Origin: Minisyncoccia bacterium
GTDB taxonomy: Bacteria > Patescibacteriota > Minisyncoccia > Phycocordibacterales > UBA918
DNA: 64,000 nucleotides
Assembly (NCBI GenBank): GCA_041742075.1
Contig: JBGSJJ010000010.1
Span: 165-64,164 of the forward strand
Direction of reading: 5' to 3'
The position numbers and the translations under genes are program-made. Under the pieces are notes generated by a model, which did no database searches, had not been told where the DNA came from, and saw nothing but the letters and a program-made list of their open reading frames with translations. This document shows, in pieces, positions 9,128-18,284 of the stretch; position 1 is the stretch's first letter; every line of letters begins with the position of its first letter.

Positions 9128-10453
9128 CTACGGTTGAGTGTTTGGCTGGTACTGAAGATTAATAAGTAACTCAGAAATTATTGATTTTACTTGATGAAGT
9201 TTTAAATCAGACTCAAGGCCTTGCAATAAAAACAATATTTCGTTTAACTGTTCAACCTGAGTACTAGTACTTTTAGTTGGAATATCAGATAGTATCTTGC
9301 GGAGTGCTAACTCCTGAACAGGATCTATTTCGGATTGAGAAACTAGAATATGTAGAATATTAGTAATATCTCTAATATAGTCTCTTTCTTCAATCCAGCT
9401 TATTTCGCTATCTAGTAAACCATCTCCGTTCCAATCATACTGTAATTTATTTAAATGTATTTTAGAAGTATCATCAATTGAAATTTCTATATCAATCTTT
9501 GTTTCAGGAAAAATAAGCAAAGATTCAATTTTGCTTAACACTGTATCAGTCTCACTTATAAATTTTATATCTGTAATACCTAACTTCTTACCAAGAATTT
9601 GGTATCTAAAAGGTGGTCTGTCAAATCCTGCATTAATAATTCCTTTTTCAACATAGTAATTTTGCTTATTTGAAAGCCACTTATCAGTATGACCTTTTGC
9701 GGTTACTTGATTTAAAAATCTTGGTGCTTGCAGATTGTTTTTATTATCGATCACAAGAATTTCAACAAGTTCATGGCTGGCAGTCAATCGCGACGACTTA
9801 TAACTATTTCTTGAAAGACTAAATTCATCTTCACCAATCCGTGGAATTAAAATCGTTGGGTCCTTCAAACTCTCAACGGTGTTTAAGTACTTATGTAATT
9901 TTATATCAGAAATTAAATCAATTGCTTTCACTGATCCAAAAAGTAAAAGTGGGGTAAGTAAAGTAAATACAATTGTTACAATAAACGAATCAAATCGTTC
10001 CCAATTATCTCTTTTTGAATATTTTAAAAAAATTAACTCAAAATATAGCTGCGATAAAACCAAAAACACAACTGTGAATGGTATAAATATGGGCCACAAA
10101 TAAAATGATGAACATCCTAAGAATCCTAAGCAAAATTCTAACTCTACAAAACCAAATGCATTGAGTGGAATAAGAAATATCGAGACATGTTTAACAAATT
10201 TCAAATAACAAACTCTAAGTTTGATTTTATTCTTAAAATATAAATAGACACTTGAAAAAACCCATACTAGTAAAGTTATAAATATTGATAAAAGAAATAA
10301 ACCACTACGGATTATCTCACAAGTACTTTCACTTAAAATAGGGTTATGTCCAAAGCATAGTATATATCTTCCAGCTGCTTCTATATAATAAATTAATGCA
10401 AAAAATATTAATAATGATGTATAACTTGCATAGATTATAAATTTATCAATCAT
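9128..10453 (-). CDS. Polytopic membrane protein with a C-terminal soluble domain containing a DWNGDGLLD Ca-binding/dockerin-like motif
   Basis: About 6 N-terminal TM helices. Very AT-rich (about 30% GC). DxNGDGxxD motif near the C-terminus. Confidence 0.55.
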   Translation of the reverse strand: MIDKFIIYASYTSLLIFFALIYYIEAAGRYILCFGHNPILSESTCEIIRSGLFLLSIFITLLVWVFSSVYLYFKNKIKLRVCYLKFVKHVSIFLIPLNAFGFVELEFCLGFLGCSSFYLWPIFIPFTVVFLVLSQLYFELIFLKYSKRDNWERFDSFIVTIVFTLLTPLLLFGSVKAIDLISDIKLHKYLNTVESLKDPTILIPRIGEDEFSLSRNSYKSSRLTASHELVEILVIDNKNNLQAPRFLNQVTAKGHTDKWLSNKQNYYVEKGIINAGFDRPPFRYQILGKKLGITDIKFISETDTVLSKIESLLIFPETKIDIEISIDDTSKIHLNKLQYDWNGDGLLDSEISWIEERDYIRDITNILHILVSQSEIDPVQELALRKILSDIPTKSTSTQVEQLNEILFLLQGLESDLKLHQVKSIISELLINLQYQPNTQP

Positions 10454-10456
10454 TTT

Positions 10457-10906
10457 CTAACTATTTTTCACACTCCTTTTTGTTTTTTGTCTCCAATCCA
10501 AAAAAAGATGCACCCATACAAACATAAATGTGACCGCGCCTAAGAAATACATTCCAAGTTGGGCCATGTTAGCGCGAGTAAACTGCATTACGTTTGATGA
10601 ATAGACAGAAATATCAATAACTAGAAAGTAGGTGGCGATAATAACTAGTGGAGCTACGTAGAAAAGCCATTTTCTAAAAATATGTGCTGGCACGAGAAGC
10701 AGACCTCCAAGAATAACTGAGAGTATAAACCCACTAAAATATAATGGGTCATATACCTTATCGTAAAAATTATAGTAACAGTAAATGTCTTCATCAAGAC
10801 AATAATTACTATAGTTATAATTTAAATATAGAGTGGCATTTGCTGTAAAAAGAAGCAGGATAACATTTAAATATTTGTATATATTTATTTTTTTTAAATA
10901 ATTCAT
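10457..10906 (-). CDS. Small membrane protein (4 TM)
   Basis: Hydrophobic ORF of 149 aa in the AT-rich island, co-directional and tightly spaced with its neighbours. Confidence 0.45.
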   Translation of the reverse strand: MNYLKKINIYKYLNVILLLFTANATLYLNYNYSNYCLDEDIYCYYNFYDKVYDPLYFSGFILSVILGGLLLVPAHIFRKWLFYVAPLVIIATYFLVIDISVYSSNVMQFTRANMAQLGMYFLGAVTFMFVWVHLFLDWRQKTKRSVKNS

Positions 10907-10915
10907 ACTATTACT

Positions 10916-13441
10916 TTAATTGCTAATCGACTTAATAATTTTTTCTAAAGCTGTGGCTTCTGTTTGGATAAATAGTCTCTTTTGAGTATACAGCTTCACT
11001 AACTGGGAAATCTGTTTTAATAACAAATCTTCTAGTTTGCCTAAAATTGGTAATTTAGCTTTTCGTTTAGAGGCTTCTTGCGCTGCATTTATTAATTCTA
11101 GAAGAACTTTTTCAGGAGCACGACTTAAATTGGTATCTTTAACAGCCTGCTTTAAGTCAGCGTATGTATAAACAATAGGCATTCCATCTATAGTAGTCTC
11201 TCTGTCTATTACCCCATCTCCGTTTAAATCAGTGCTCAAAGTTGAATACCCATCAGAATCTTTTGAGTAGGTTGCAATCATCTGTGGTGTGACTGTTGCA
11301 TTTACAAGTTGATGCTCTAATTCTTGTTCGTCACTACTGCCAAGCTTTGCAACAGTGAGGGTATAGTTACCACTTTCTTCACCGTACAATTTAACTGTAC
11401 GCTTAGTTTCTGCAGGAGTAACAAGGTACTTGGTATCGGCAAACTCAAAGTACTGGCTACCAGGTATTTCTTCCTTGATAACCTTAATACCCTCTTCTAT
11501 AACAACTCCACTTATATTACCCTCTTCGTCTTCGGCAACTATCCGCACCGGTGAATCGATAATCTCTACTTCGTATTCATCAGCAAACGTAATTTCGTTG
11601 ATACTTATAAACTGAATAGTATCTGGGGTTGTTGAGCTTATCATTTTCGCTAAAAGAATTTGGACTTGTAGAATTTCCATCATGTTGTAGTGTTCGTACT
11701 TCTTTTCTCGATTTATCTTCCTAAGCTCCCCAAGATCCAAAAAAAACTTCTCCTTTTCACCTTCATACGCATCTGCAGAACGTTGTACTACCGTCTGATC
11801 ACCATACTTTGTTAACAGGGCATAAGCCTTAAGGATTCTATTTGGTGTACAAGTGTTCTGTCCACCGACACTAATACAATTTTCACCTTCTAAAATCTCT
11901 CGGTACTCAATTGCTTTTGGAGTCGGCAAGCCAGTCCCTATTACTTCGATCACCTTAATGCCATCTGGAGCGAGCCAGTTATCAAGTTTATTTCGATTTT
12001 CAAGCGCTTCGGTAAAGAGAGTCTCATTTACCTTGGCTGGTGTTGAAATAGGATCTGAAAGGCTTCGGGCTGGACCCACAGAGCCAGTTAGAAAGTTTTT
12101 ATATTGATCAAAGCTGGAAATGTTGCCGCTAAAAGCTAGCTTGTATGGCGAGGTAGTGAACGAACTGTCAAATTGAATGATGGGTTCTTGACTCGAGGAC
12201 AGGTATTTTTCTGCTGGCAAAAGACCGTAAGCACCTGGCATATTATTTATTACTTCTCGAGCCGTACTGTCATTGAGTATTAAGCCATACAACAAATCCT
12301 GATCATATGCATGAAGGATGCTCCCAATTGATTTTGGTGTACCAAGTTGAGGTACAGCAACCATGATAAATGTATCAATTAAATCCGCTTTCCCTATACG
12401 TTCAAGCTCTGAAATAAGCGCCTTGCCTACCAATCCTCCATTTGAATGCCCAATTATAGTCACCTTACCAGTATGGGAAGCTGATGCTAATCGCTCCACT
12501 TCTGATACAGCACTTTTTATTTCATTTTCATACTGAGTACCATTTTCCACTATATCGTATACATCAAAACGCCAGTCATACGCAAAAGCTGTGTAGTCTT
12601 TAATTGGTTCTGGTAGAAATTTCAATCCGTGTAAGAATTGTAAAAATCCTTTATATACCGTACCTAATCCAACCACTTCATCAATAACGTCTCTGGTATA
12701 TACATCGTTTATACTTTCTCCAGTTAAAGTATGAGCAAGTTGTTGCACATCTTGATTAAAAGTTGGTGTCCATAGTTGATCCTCAAAGCCAAACAAGCCA
12801 TCTTTATATAACCGACTAGCTTGAATCCCCGGCAAGAAAAGTACACTAGAAGCACCAGTTGGTTCTGGTACTACCTCCTCCCTCGTAACAGTAAAGTTTA
12901 TAACTCTCACTTGAACATATGACGGATAATAGGCATACGCGGTTGGAATGATATAGGCTAGAAATTTCTCAAAATAATTCTGGTGTTCATAGTTAAGAAT
13001 TGGTGGTTCTTCATAGGTAAATACTGCAGAGTAAGTACCTGAAGGTAATGATTCAAGAGACGTTGTTGATGGTGGACCCCAATATGATAACGAGTAATCT
13101 TGTCCGTCTTTTTTAAATAAACTAAAGGAATCTCCCCACGAGGATGGCTGCATGACACTGGCTACTTCAGTGGGAAGTTCCGATTCAGGAATAATAATTT
13201 CAGCACCCTCGGTAACTGGAATCCCAGCAATACTGAGTGACGCTGAAAATCCCACATTTTCATCTTCATTAAATGGATTATCACAATCTTCAATTTCGGT
13301 GATTTCTTGTTCGGAACCAGGACCATAAAATGATTCTGGAATGATTATATTTCCGCATGGTGGAGTAGTCTGAGCGTAAGAAAAAGCGAAAGGAACAAAT
13401 AGGAAGAGTGCGGATAGAAGAAAATTCGTGAAAACCTTCAT
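10916..13441 (-). CDS. Secreted alpha/beta-hydrolase (lipase/esterase-like, GHSNGG nucleophile elbow) with a C-terminal DLNGDGVID dockerin-like motif, 841 aa
   Basis: Signal peptide MKVFTNFLLSALFLFVPFAFSYAQT. The VTIIGHSNGGLVGKALI GxSxG motif. Low GC. Confidence 0.7.
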   Translation of the reverse strand: MKVFTNFLLSALFLFVPFAFSYAQTTPPCGNIIIPESFYGPGSEQEITEIEDCDNPFNEDENVGFSASLSIAGIPVTEGAEIIIPESELPTEVASVMQPSSWGDSFSLFKKDGQDYSLSYWGPPSTTSLESLPSGTYSAVFTYEEPPILNYEHQNYFEKFLAYIIPTAYAYYPSYVQVRVINFTVTREEVVPEPTGASSVLFLPGIQASRLYKDGLFGFEDQLWTPTFNQDVQQLAHTLTGESINDVYTRDVIDEVVGLGTVYKGFLQFLHGLKFLPEPIKDYTAFAYDWRFDVYDIVENGTQYENEIKSAVSEVERLASASHTGKVTIIGHSNGGLVGKALISELERIGKADLIDTFIMVAVPQLGTPKSIGSILHAYDQDLLYGLILNDSTAREVINNMPGAYGLLPAEKYLSSSQEPIIQFDSSFTTSPYKLAFSGNISSFDQYKNFLTGSVGPARSLSDPISTPAKVNETLFTEALENRNKLDNWLAPDGIKVIEVIGTGLPTPKAIEYREILEGENCISVGGQNTCTPNRILKAYALLTKYGDQTVVQRSADAYEGEKEKFFLDLGELRKINREKKYEHYNMMEILQVQILLAKMISSTTPDTIQFISINEITFADEYEVEIIDSPVRIVAEDEEGNISGVVIEEGIKVIKEEIPGSQYFEFADTKYLVTPAETKRTVKLYGEESGNYTLTVAKLGSSDEQELEHQLVNATVTPQMIATYSKDSDGYSTLSTDLNGDGVIDRETTIDGMPIVYTYADLKQAVKDTNLSRAPEKVLLELINAAQEASKRKAKLPILGKLEDLLLKQISQLVKLYTQKRLFIQTEATALEKIIKSISN

Positions 13442-13569
13442 AGAGCTTTAGCTAACTAGATTATATTACTTAGGGTACTCCCACTTGAATAATCACACAA
13501 ATACCATTTTGCATAACTTTTTACCCAACTTTACCCAATTAAGAACCCCGACTACCTAGTTGCCTATAT

Positions 13570-14340
13570 AAAACCCTTTACAAAAGGCCACCCTTCGCTA
13601 GATTGATAACTTTAGGTTTGAAAGCTAGCCATTCAAATAATTCATTTTGCATACTTGCTTCAGTTACAAAATATTCTGGAAACAACGATGTGTTTAAAAT
13701 CACTTGTTCTGGGCGTGCGCTACCAAAATAATGAGCCAAGCTAGAGAATCGGTAATCCTTCGCATATAAATACGCTTTTTCAAAATCAGCTATTCCCTGC
13801 TCTTTCCAATCTGATTGAATTAATTTCACTGGATTGAGATGGATGTAGGCGTATAAGTACTTTAAATATTGGTCAGTATCAGCCCACTCAGCTTTAAATT
13901 TTCCCTCAAACAAAGTACCTGACCGTAGATATTTTTTATTAAAATACATTGAATAACTTGTGCACAGTTTATTCATATACTTTGTGACTCCTCCCTCAAT
14001 AACAGGAGTCAATAATAAGTGAAAATGATTTGGCATGAGGCAGTACGCTCCAATAGCAACCAACTCGTCTCCTCGTTCATACTCATATACATTTATTTCG
14101 TCTCTTTTAATTTCACGAAGATCTATAGAATTTTTAGAATTTGTTAGATAGAGTAAGTTTACAAAACGTTCATAATCTTTTGCATCTTGAAAGATTGTTC
14201 TTTTATCTACACCACGATTATAAACGTGATAGAACTCATTATGAGAAAAGCTGAGCTTTCGTGTGGTCATTAATTTATTTTAGCATGACTACAAAGGGCC
14301 ACCCTTCGCAAAGTTGCGAAGGGTGGCCCTTTGTTAATCT
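13570..14340 (-). mobile_element. Putative IS200-like unit: transposase gene bounded by a 42-nt perfect palindrome (14291-14332, caaagggccacccttcgcaa/ttgcgaagggtggccctttg) and a partial copy of the same motif (13583-13598)
   Basis: Subterminal hairpins are characteristic of IS200/IS605 ends. The unit size, about 770 bp, fits. Confidence 0.45.
13578..14270 (-). CDS. IS200/IS605-family Y1 HUH transposase / RAYT-like protein (230 aa)
   Basis: The N-terminal YHVYNRG motif, the HUH motif PNHFHLLL and a downstream Tyr-containing region fit PF01797-type transposases. Confidence 0.7.
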   Translation of the reverse strand: MTTRKLSFSHNEFYHVYNRGVDKRTIFQDAKDYERFVNLLYLTNSKNSIDLREIKRDEINVYEYERGDELVAIGAYCLMPNHFHLLLTPVIEGGVTKYMNKLCTSYSMYFNKKYLRSGTLFEGKFKAEWADTDQYLKYLYAYIHLNPVKLIQSDWKEQGIADFEKAYLYAKDYRFSSLAHYFGSARPEQVILNTSLFPEYFVTEASMQNELFEWLAFKPKVINLAKGGLL

Positions 14341-14371
14341 TGTAGATTTAATTATTTTTTGGGGAAAAGAA

Positions 14372-14407
14372 AAAACCCCTAGCGGGTTACCGCGTCGGGG
14401 TTTTTTC
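14372..14407. terminator. Bidirectional terminator aaaaaacccctagcggg..ccgcgtcggggtttttt
   Basis: GC stem flanked by A6 and T6; lies after the 14464..16500 gene. Confidence 0.6.
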
Positions 14408-14463
14408 TTTTGCTTTAACTCTAAACTGTTACGTTTGAGCTAACCTTAGTTAATCTAGAAAGA

Positions 14464-16500
14464 TTAAATTGAGTTAACTTGTTGGTATGCAGTGTCGAAG
14501 TCAGAAGCTGGGGTTGGAACATACGGTAGTGCGTTTTCACCATCGTCATCTACTGAGTACCATACTTCTTGAAGTACAACTCGGAATAGACCAGATGTAG
14601 TAGCTGCGAATGTCACATCGAGTGTGAATTCTTCAGTTTCTCCATCGTCAATTGTGAATGCACCGTTTGTTGCTACATCACCATCTGATGAAAGTGTTGC
14701 AGACACTGTAGTTGCTACTCCTGCGTCAGACTGAATCGCGAACTGTACACCGCCGAGCAATGCTGTTGCATCACCAGCTGTTGTAGTTGCGAGGTTGTTG
14801 ACGTAGAAAGTACCTTCTACTGCAGTAACGTCAAAGGTGATTGAGAATTGACCAGTTGTGTCATTGTCACCTGAAGCGTCAGCTTCGGTTACAACACTAT
14901 CAATTGGAATAACAATACCTTCAGCTACTAGTGTGTGTTGTTCACCGTTTGCTGTACCTGAGATGTCAGCAGCAAGAATATCAGTAGAACCTTCAGCATC
15001 TGTAAGCTTCGCTTCTACTGAAGTTACATCTGCTTCGATCGTTGTACCGTTGGCATAACGAGGCTGATTGTTACTGATTTCTTGTGCTCGGAAGTCAACC
15101 ATAACTTTTACAGTAACTTCTTCGTCTTCGTCAATCATGACGTCACCGTCAATGTCGAATTCGAATGTTGTACTAGTTACAGTTGATGAAGCTGAGTTTT
15201 CAGCGTCAAATTCCTCACCGTCAATGTCGATAGTAACTTCATCAATAGCTTGAGCTGATGTAGTTGAAGTCGTAATCTTTACGAAGAGGGTATTAAGCTC
15301 AACGTCAGCATCTTCTGCTTCGATTGTGTATTCAAGAACAGTTACTCCGTCAGTCTTTGAGTCAGTGTCTACGACAATGTCAGTAGCATCTGGGTTACTT
15401 GAGCCAGTAGCGAACTTAAGTCCTTCACCGTCACCTTCTTCAACAATTTCGAAGGTAGCTGATCCAGTTGGAAGTTCATCTGTTGTACTGTCGTTTTCAG
15501 CTACATCATCAGCATCGAAGTATCGTACTTCTGTAGCTGTAAGCTTCCAACCTGCCTTTGTAGAGTCACCAGCGTCATCTACGTTGCTTGCAACAGTAGC
15601 ACCGACGAGGATTTCAACTTCTTCGTCTTCTTGGAGAACGAGACCAAGACCTGAGAATCGGAATTCACCTTCATCTTCGTCTAGGTAAGCGTCTTCATCA
15701 GAAGCGTCAAATGATGCTACTTCTTCACCATCTACCCAAAGTGTAATCTCATCGAATACATCCCATGGGTCTTCTTCGCTGTTGTCTGCACTATCACTGT
15801 CAGCAATCTTGAAAGTCATTCGATCTACTTCAATATCACCTTCAGCAGCTTCGACTGTAATTTCAGCAATCACTTCGTCTTCAGCACCTTCTTGGATGTC
15901 TGTGTCTGAAGCATCATCAACTTCGAATACATCAAGTTCACCTTCACCTGAAAGTTCCATTGATTCTTCTTCTTCAGCTTCTTCACCTTCTTCTTCACCT
16001 GGGTCTACTGGAGTAGAAGCACTTGAACAAAGCATGTTGGCCTTAGCGATTGAAGCTGGACCAAAGTAGCCAGTTGGGTTCACGAGACCGCCTGGTGAAA
16101 GGATGTCTGCGCGGTACTTAACTTGGAACTTTGATACTGCAGCTGCAGTAGCTGGACCGTAGTACATAGTTTCAGCACCTACTGAACCTGCGCCTGACAT
16201 AGCGACTCGAGTCTCTTCGTCAGCGTTGAGGAACATTTGGAGCTTCATTACATCATCACCAGTTGAACCTGATGAAAGTGAACGAGTCCATGAGTAAGGG
16301 CAGATACCTGAAGCTACTGAAGTAGCTCCTTGTCCTACTTGTGATTGTAGTGTGTTGATCGTGGCCATAAGCTCAGCGATCTGTGCTTGAAGCTCTTCAG
16401 CTGTTTGCGCCTGTGCTAGAGGAGCGATAGCTGAAAGCATCATAGCGATTGCTACGAAAGCTACAGTGAGCTTTGAAGCAAAAGTATTTGTTTGAGTCAT
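14464..16500 (-). CDS. Large acidic (Asp/Glu/Thr-rich) secreted/surface protein with an N-terminal peptidoglycan-binding (PG_binding_1-like) domain
   Basis: Signal/TM MTQTNTFASKLTVAFVAIAMMLSAIAPLAQA. GDDVMKLQMFL...GYFGPATAAAVSKFQ motif. A long low-complexity acidic region. Confidence 0.7.
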   Translation of the reverse strand: MTQTNTFASKLTVAFVAIAMMLSAIAPLAQAQTAEELQAQIAELMATINTLQSQVGQGATSVASGICPYSWTRSLSSGSTGDDVMKLQMFLNADEETRVAMSGAGSVGAETMYYGPATAAAVSKFQVKYRADILSPGGLVNPTGYFGPASIAKANMLCSSASTPVDPGEEEGEEAEEEESMELSGEGELDVFEVDDASDTDIQEGAEDEVIAEITVEAAEGDIEVDRMTFKIADSDSADNSEEDPWDVFDEITLWVDGEEVASFDASDEDAYLDEDEGEFRFSGLGLVLQEDEEVEILVGATVASNVDDAGDSTKAGWKLTATEVRYFDADDVAENDSTTDELPTGSATFEIVEEGDGEGLKFATGSSNPDATDIVVDTDSKTDGVTVLEYTIEAEDADVELNTLFVKITTSTTSAQAIDEVTIDIDGEEFDAENSASSTVTSTTFEFDIDGDVMIDEDEEVTVKVMVDFRAQEISNNQPRYANGTTIEADVTSVEAKLTDAEGSTDILAADISGTANGEQHTLVAEGIVIPIDSVVTEADASGDNDTTGQFSITFDVTAVEGTFYVNNLATTTAGDATALLGGVQFAIQSDAGVATTVSATLSSDGDVATNGAFTIDDGETEEFTLDVTFAATTSGLFRVVLQEVWYSVDDDGENALPYVPTPASDFDTAYQQVNSI

Positions 16501-17342
16501 AATTGTAATTACTTTTTGTTTGCAGGTATTTCAACCTACAGGGTGCTCCATTAGCGGAGCGTTCTAAAACTGATAATATGAATTAATTCATATTCGCAAC
16601 CATCTCTGGTTACGTAATATCACTAACTCCACATATACATCTGTTTTAGAGAGACATATATATGAAGGTTAGCTGTAAGGTGGGACTGAGTTTCAGCGTA
16701 TCAACCATGACGGGAAAAGGTGGGGCGGGAAAGAACTTTCCAAAATCGCGATCTGCTTTGTTAAGCTTCATAAAATAACACTCAAAGAACAATGACGTTC
16801 ATCTCGTATTATTTTTCTTGCTTATCTCGCATCTCATCGATTGTGATAAGTTCTAGAGTAATTAGCTTTGTAGTTGCCTTATAGGCCCCATTGTAAACGA
16901 ACAATACCTCAGGCTTGCTCACTTAATTTTGCTAGAAAAAAAGCGTGCAAGTGGCACTCCTACAGTATAGCGTATTTTTTATTAATTTGGTGCACATCTC
17001 TTTGTGGATAGTGCTCCGTATTTTTAAAGCGCTCTACTACATCAGTGCCAAAAAAGGATACGTGGGCATGACCGTAAAGTCAACCAAATAACCTTATCTC
17101 TACCTACAGATGAAGACGTGGTGGTGATAGGCTTCTTACTACGTATCCATGAGTAGGCAACGAATTGTGAGTTGTGGCAAGTGATCAATTTAAGACTCAG
17201 GTGAGCTACTCTGATGCGCCCAGACTTCGTCTTTTACACCTTATGATGCTTTGTCTTAGACAATGTCTTATAGACTCGTTGTCTTTTATAAAGGACAACG
17301 AACGCTCATGTACTAACCGGTTCTAAAAAATGCTGAACGCTA

Positions 17343-18062
17343 TTAAAACAAAGAGTACTTTGACCAGCGACGTTCACCTTGTCTTTTTACTATGTTGTCC
17401 TCAATCATTGACTGTAACTCTCGTTGGATTGTCTTTTCACTTACGTCGCCGACAATTTCAGAAATGTCTTTAATAGTGGCTTCACCTTTGGCTTCGATAA
17501 TGGTCTTGATTCGTTCACGTCTATCGACACTTGGGGGCACTTTAGGGGCTTCACTACCAGCCTCACTTTTGCCTTCAGCCAGACGACTTCTAGCAACAGT
17601 TCTCCTGGGAGACACCGGAGCCACGCGAAACGACTGGTCGCTCTGGAAAGACTCATCGAGTCTTTGTTCTTCTCCGATATACGTCCGGAGACCCCTTAAG
17701 ACCGTATCGATTTCAGTCACAACGGTACGTAAGACTTCGCTCGAAATGAGCGTAGTTGCACCGGCTACCCTGAAGGTGCTTTCCAGTGCTATGAGGGATT
17801 GGGCAAACTGCTCGAGTACCTCCTTCCCCCCAGCTCGTTTTACCTCAAGCGTACGCAAAGAATGCTCATGGACAAGGTGAGCCTTGCCAGCAATGTTGCC
17901 CACGTGCGTTTGTGTCTTTAAGTCAGAATCGACGTTGTTGAGGATGTAAAAGACAACTCCGACAATTTTTTCTGTCTTTTTAAAAATATACTTGTAATAG
18001 TTCTCATCATTGACGAGCTTTCTAAAGTTTATGTCTGATATGCTGTTGTCTTTTGGATTCAT
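17343..18062 (-). CDS. Transcriptional regulator with a C-terminal DeoR/winged-helix HTH
   Basis: ATIKDISEIVGDVSEKTIQRELQSMIEDNIVKRQGERRWSKYSL. Confidence 0.55.
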   Translation of the reverse strand: MNPKDNSISDINFRKLVNDENYYKYIFKKTEKIVGVVFYILNNVDSDLKTQTHVGNIAGKAHLVHEHSLRTLEVKRAGGKEVLEQFAQSLIALESTFRVAGATTLISSEVLRTVVTEIDTVLRGLRTYIGEEQRLDESFQSDQSFRVAPVSPRRTVARSRLAEGKSEAGSEAPKVPPSVDRRERIKTIIEAKGEATIKDISEIVGDVSEKTIQRELQSMIEDNIVKRQGERRWSKYSLF

Positions 18063-18284
18063 AGTAGTGTCTTTTAAGTGCGCTATCGTCGGTCAGAGAC
18101 ATTTCAGTTTGTACTATATACCTTTGGTGACTTTTATCAATCTGTACAGGACGTCTTTTTGGTGTCCGAGGAGGCCCCCATCTGTCACACAAACTACCAA
18201 GTTAGCCTGGTGTGCTCTCGTGGTATGATTGAGGTTATACCGACTTATATTACAGATTACCGAAATTGATACGCAGTACTTCTT

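Noticed and set aside
14858-16069. Plus-strand ORFs 14858..15058, 15068..15253, 15326..15688, 15782..16069
   Set aside because: They are antisense to the 678-aa acidic surface-protein gene. Ser/Thr-rich low-complexity mirror frames are typical of antisense acidic repeats.
16501-17342. Hidden RNase P, tmRNA, SRP RNA or 5S rRNA in the long non-coding region
   Set aside because: I looked for the P4 (AGGAAAGTCCGGGC), tmRNA 3' (GGTTCGA.TCC...ACCA), SRP domain IV (GGAAGCAGCC) and 5S (GTAGTGTGGGG) signatures and found none. Left as unexplained non-coding DNA.
17392-17880. Plus-strand 162-aa ORF and others antisense to the 17343..18062 regulator
   Set aside because: The opposite-strand gene has a recognisable HTH domain and fits the local minus-strand operon bias.
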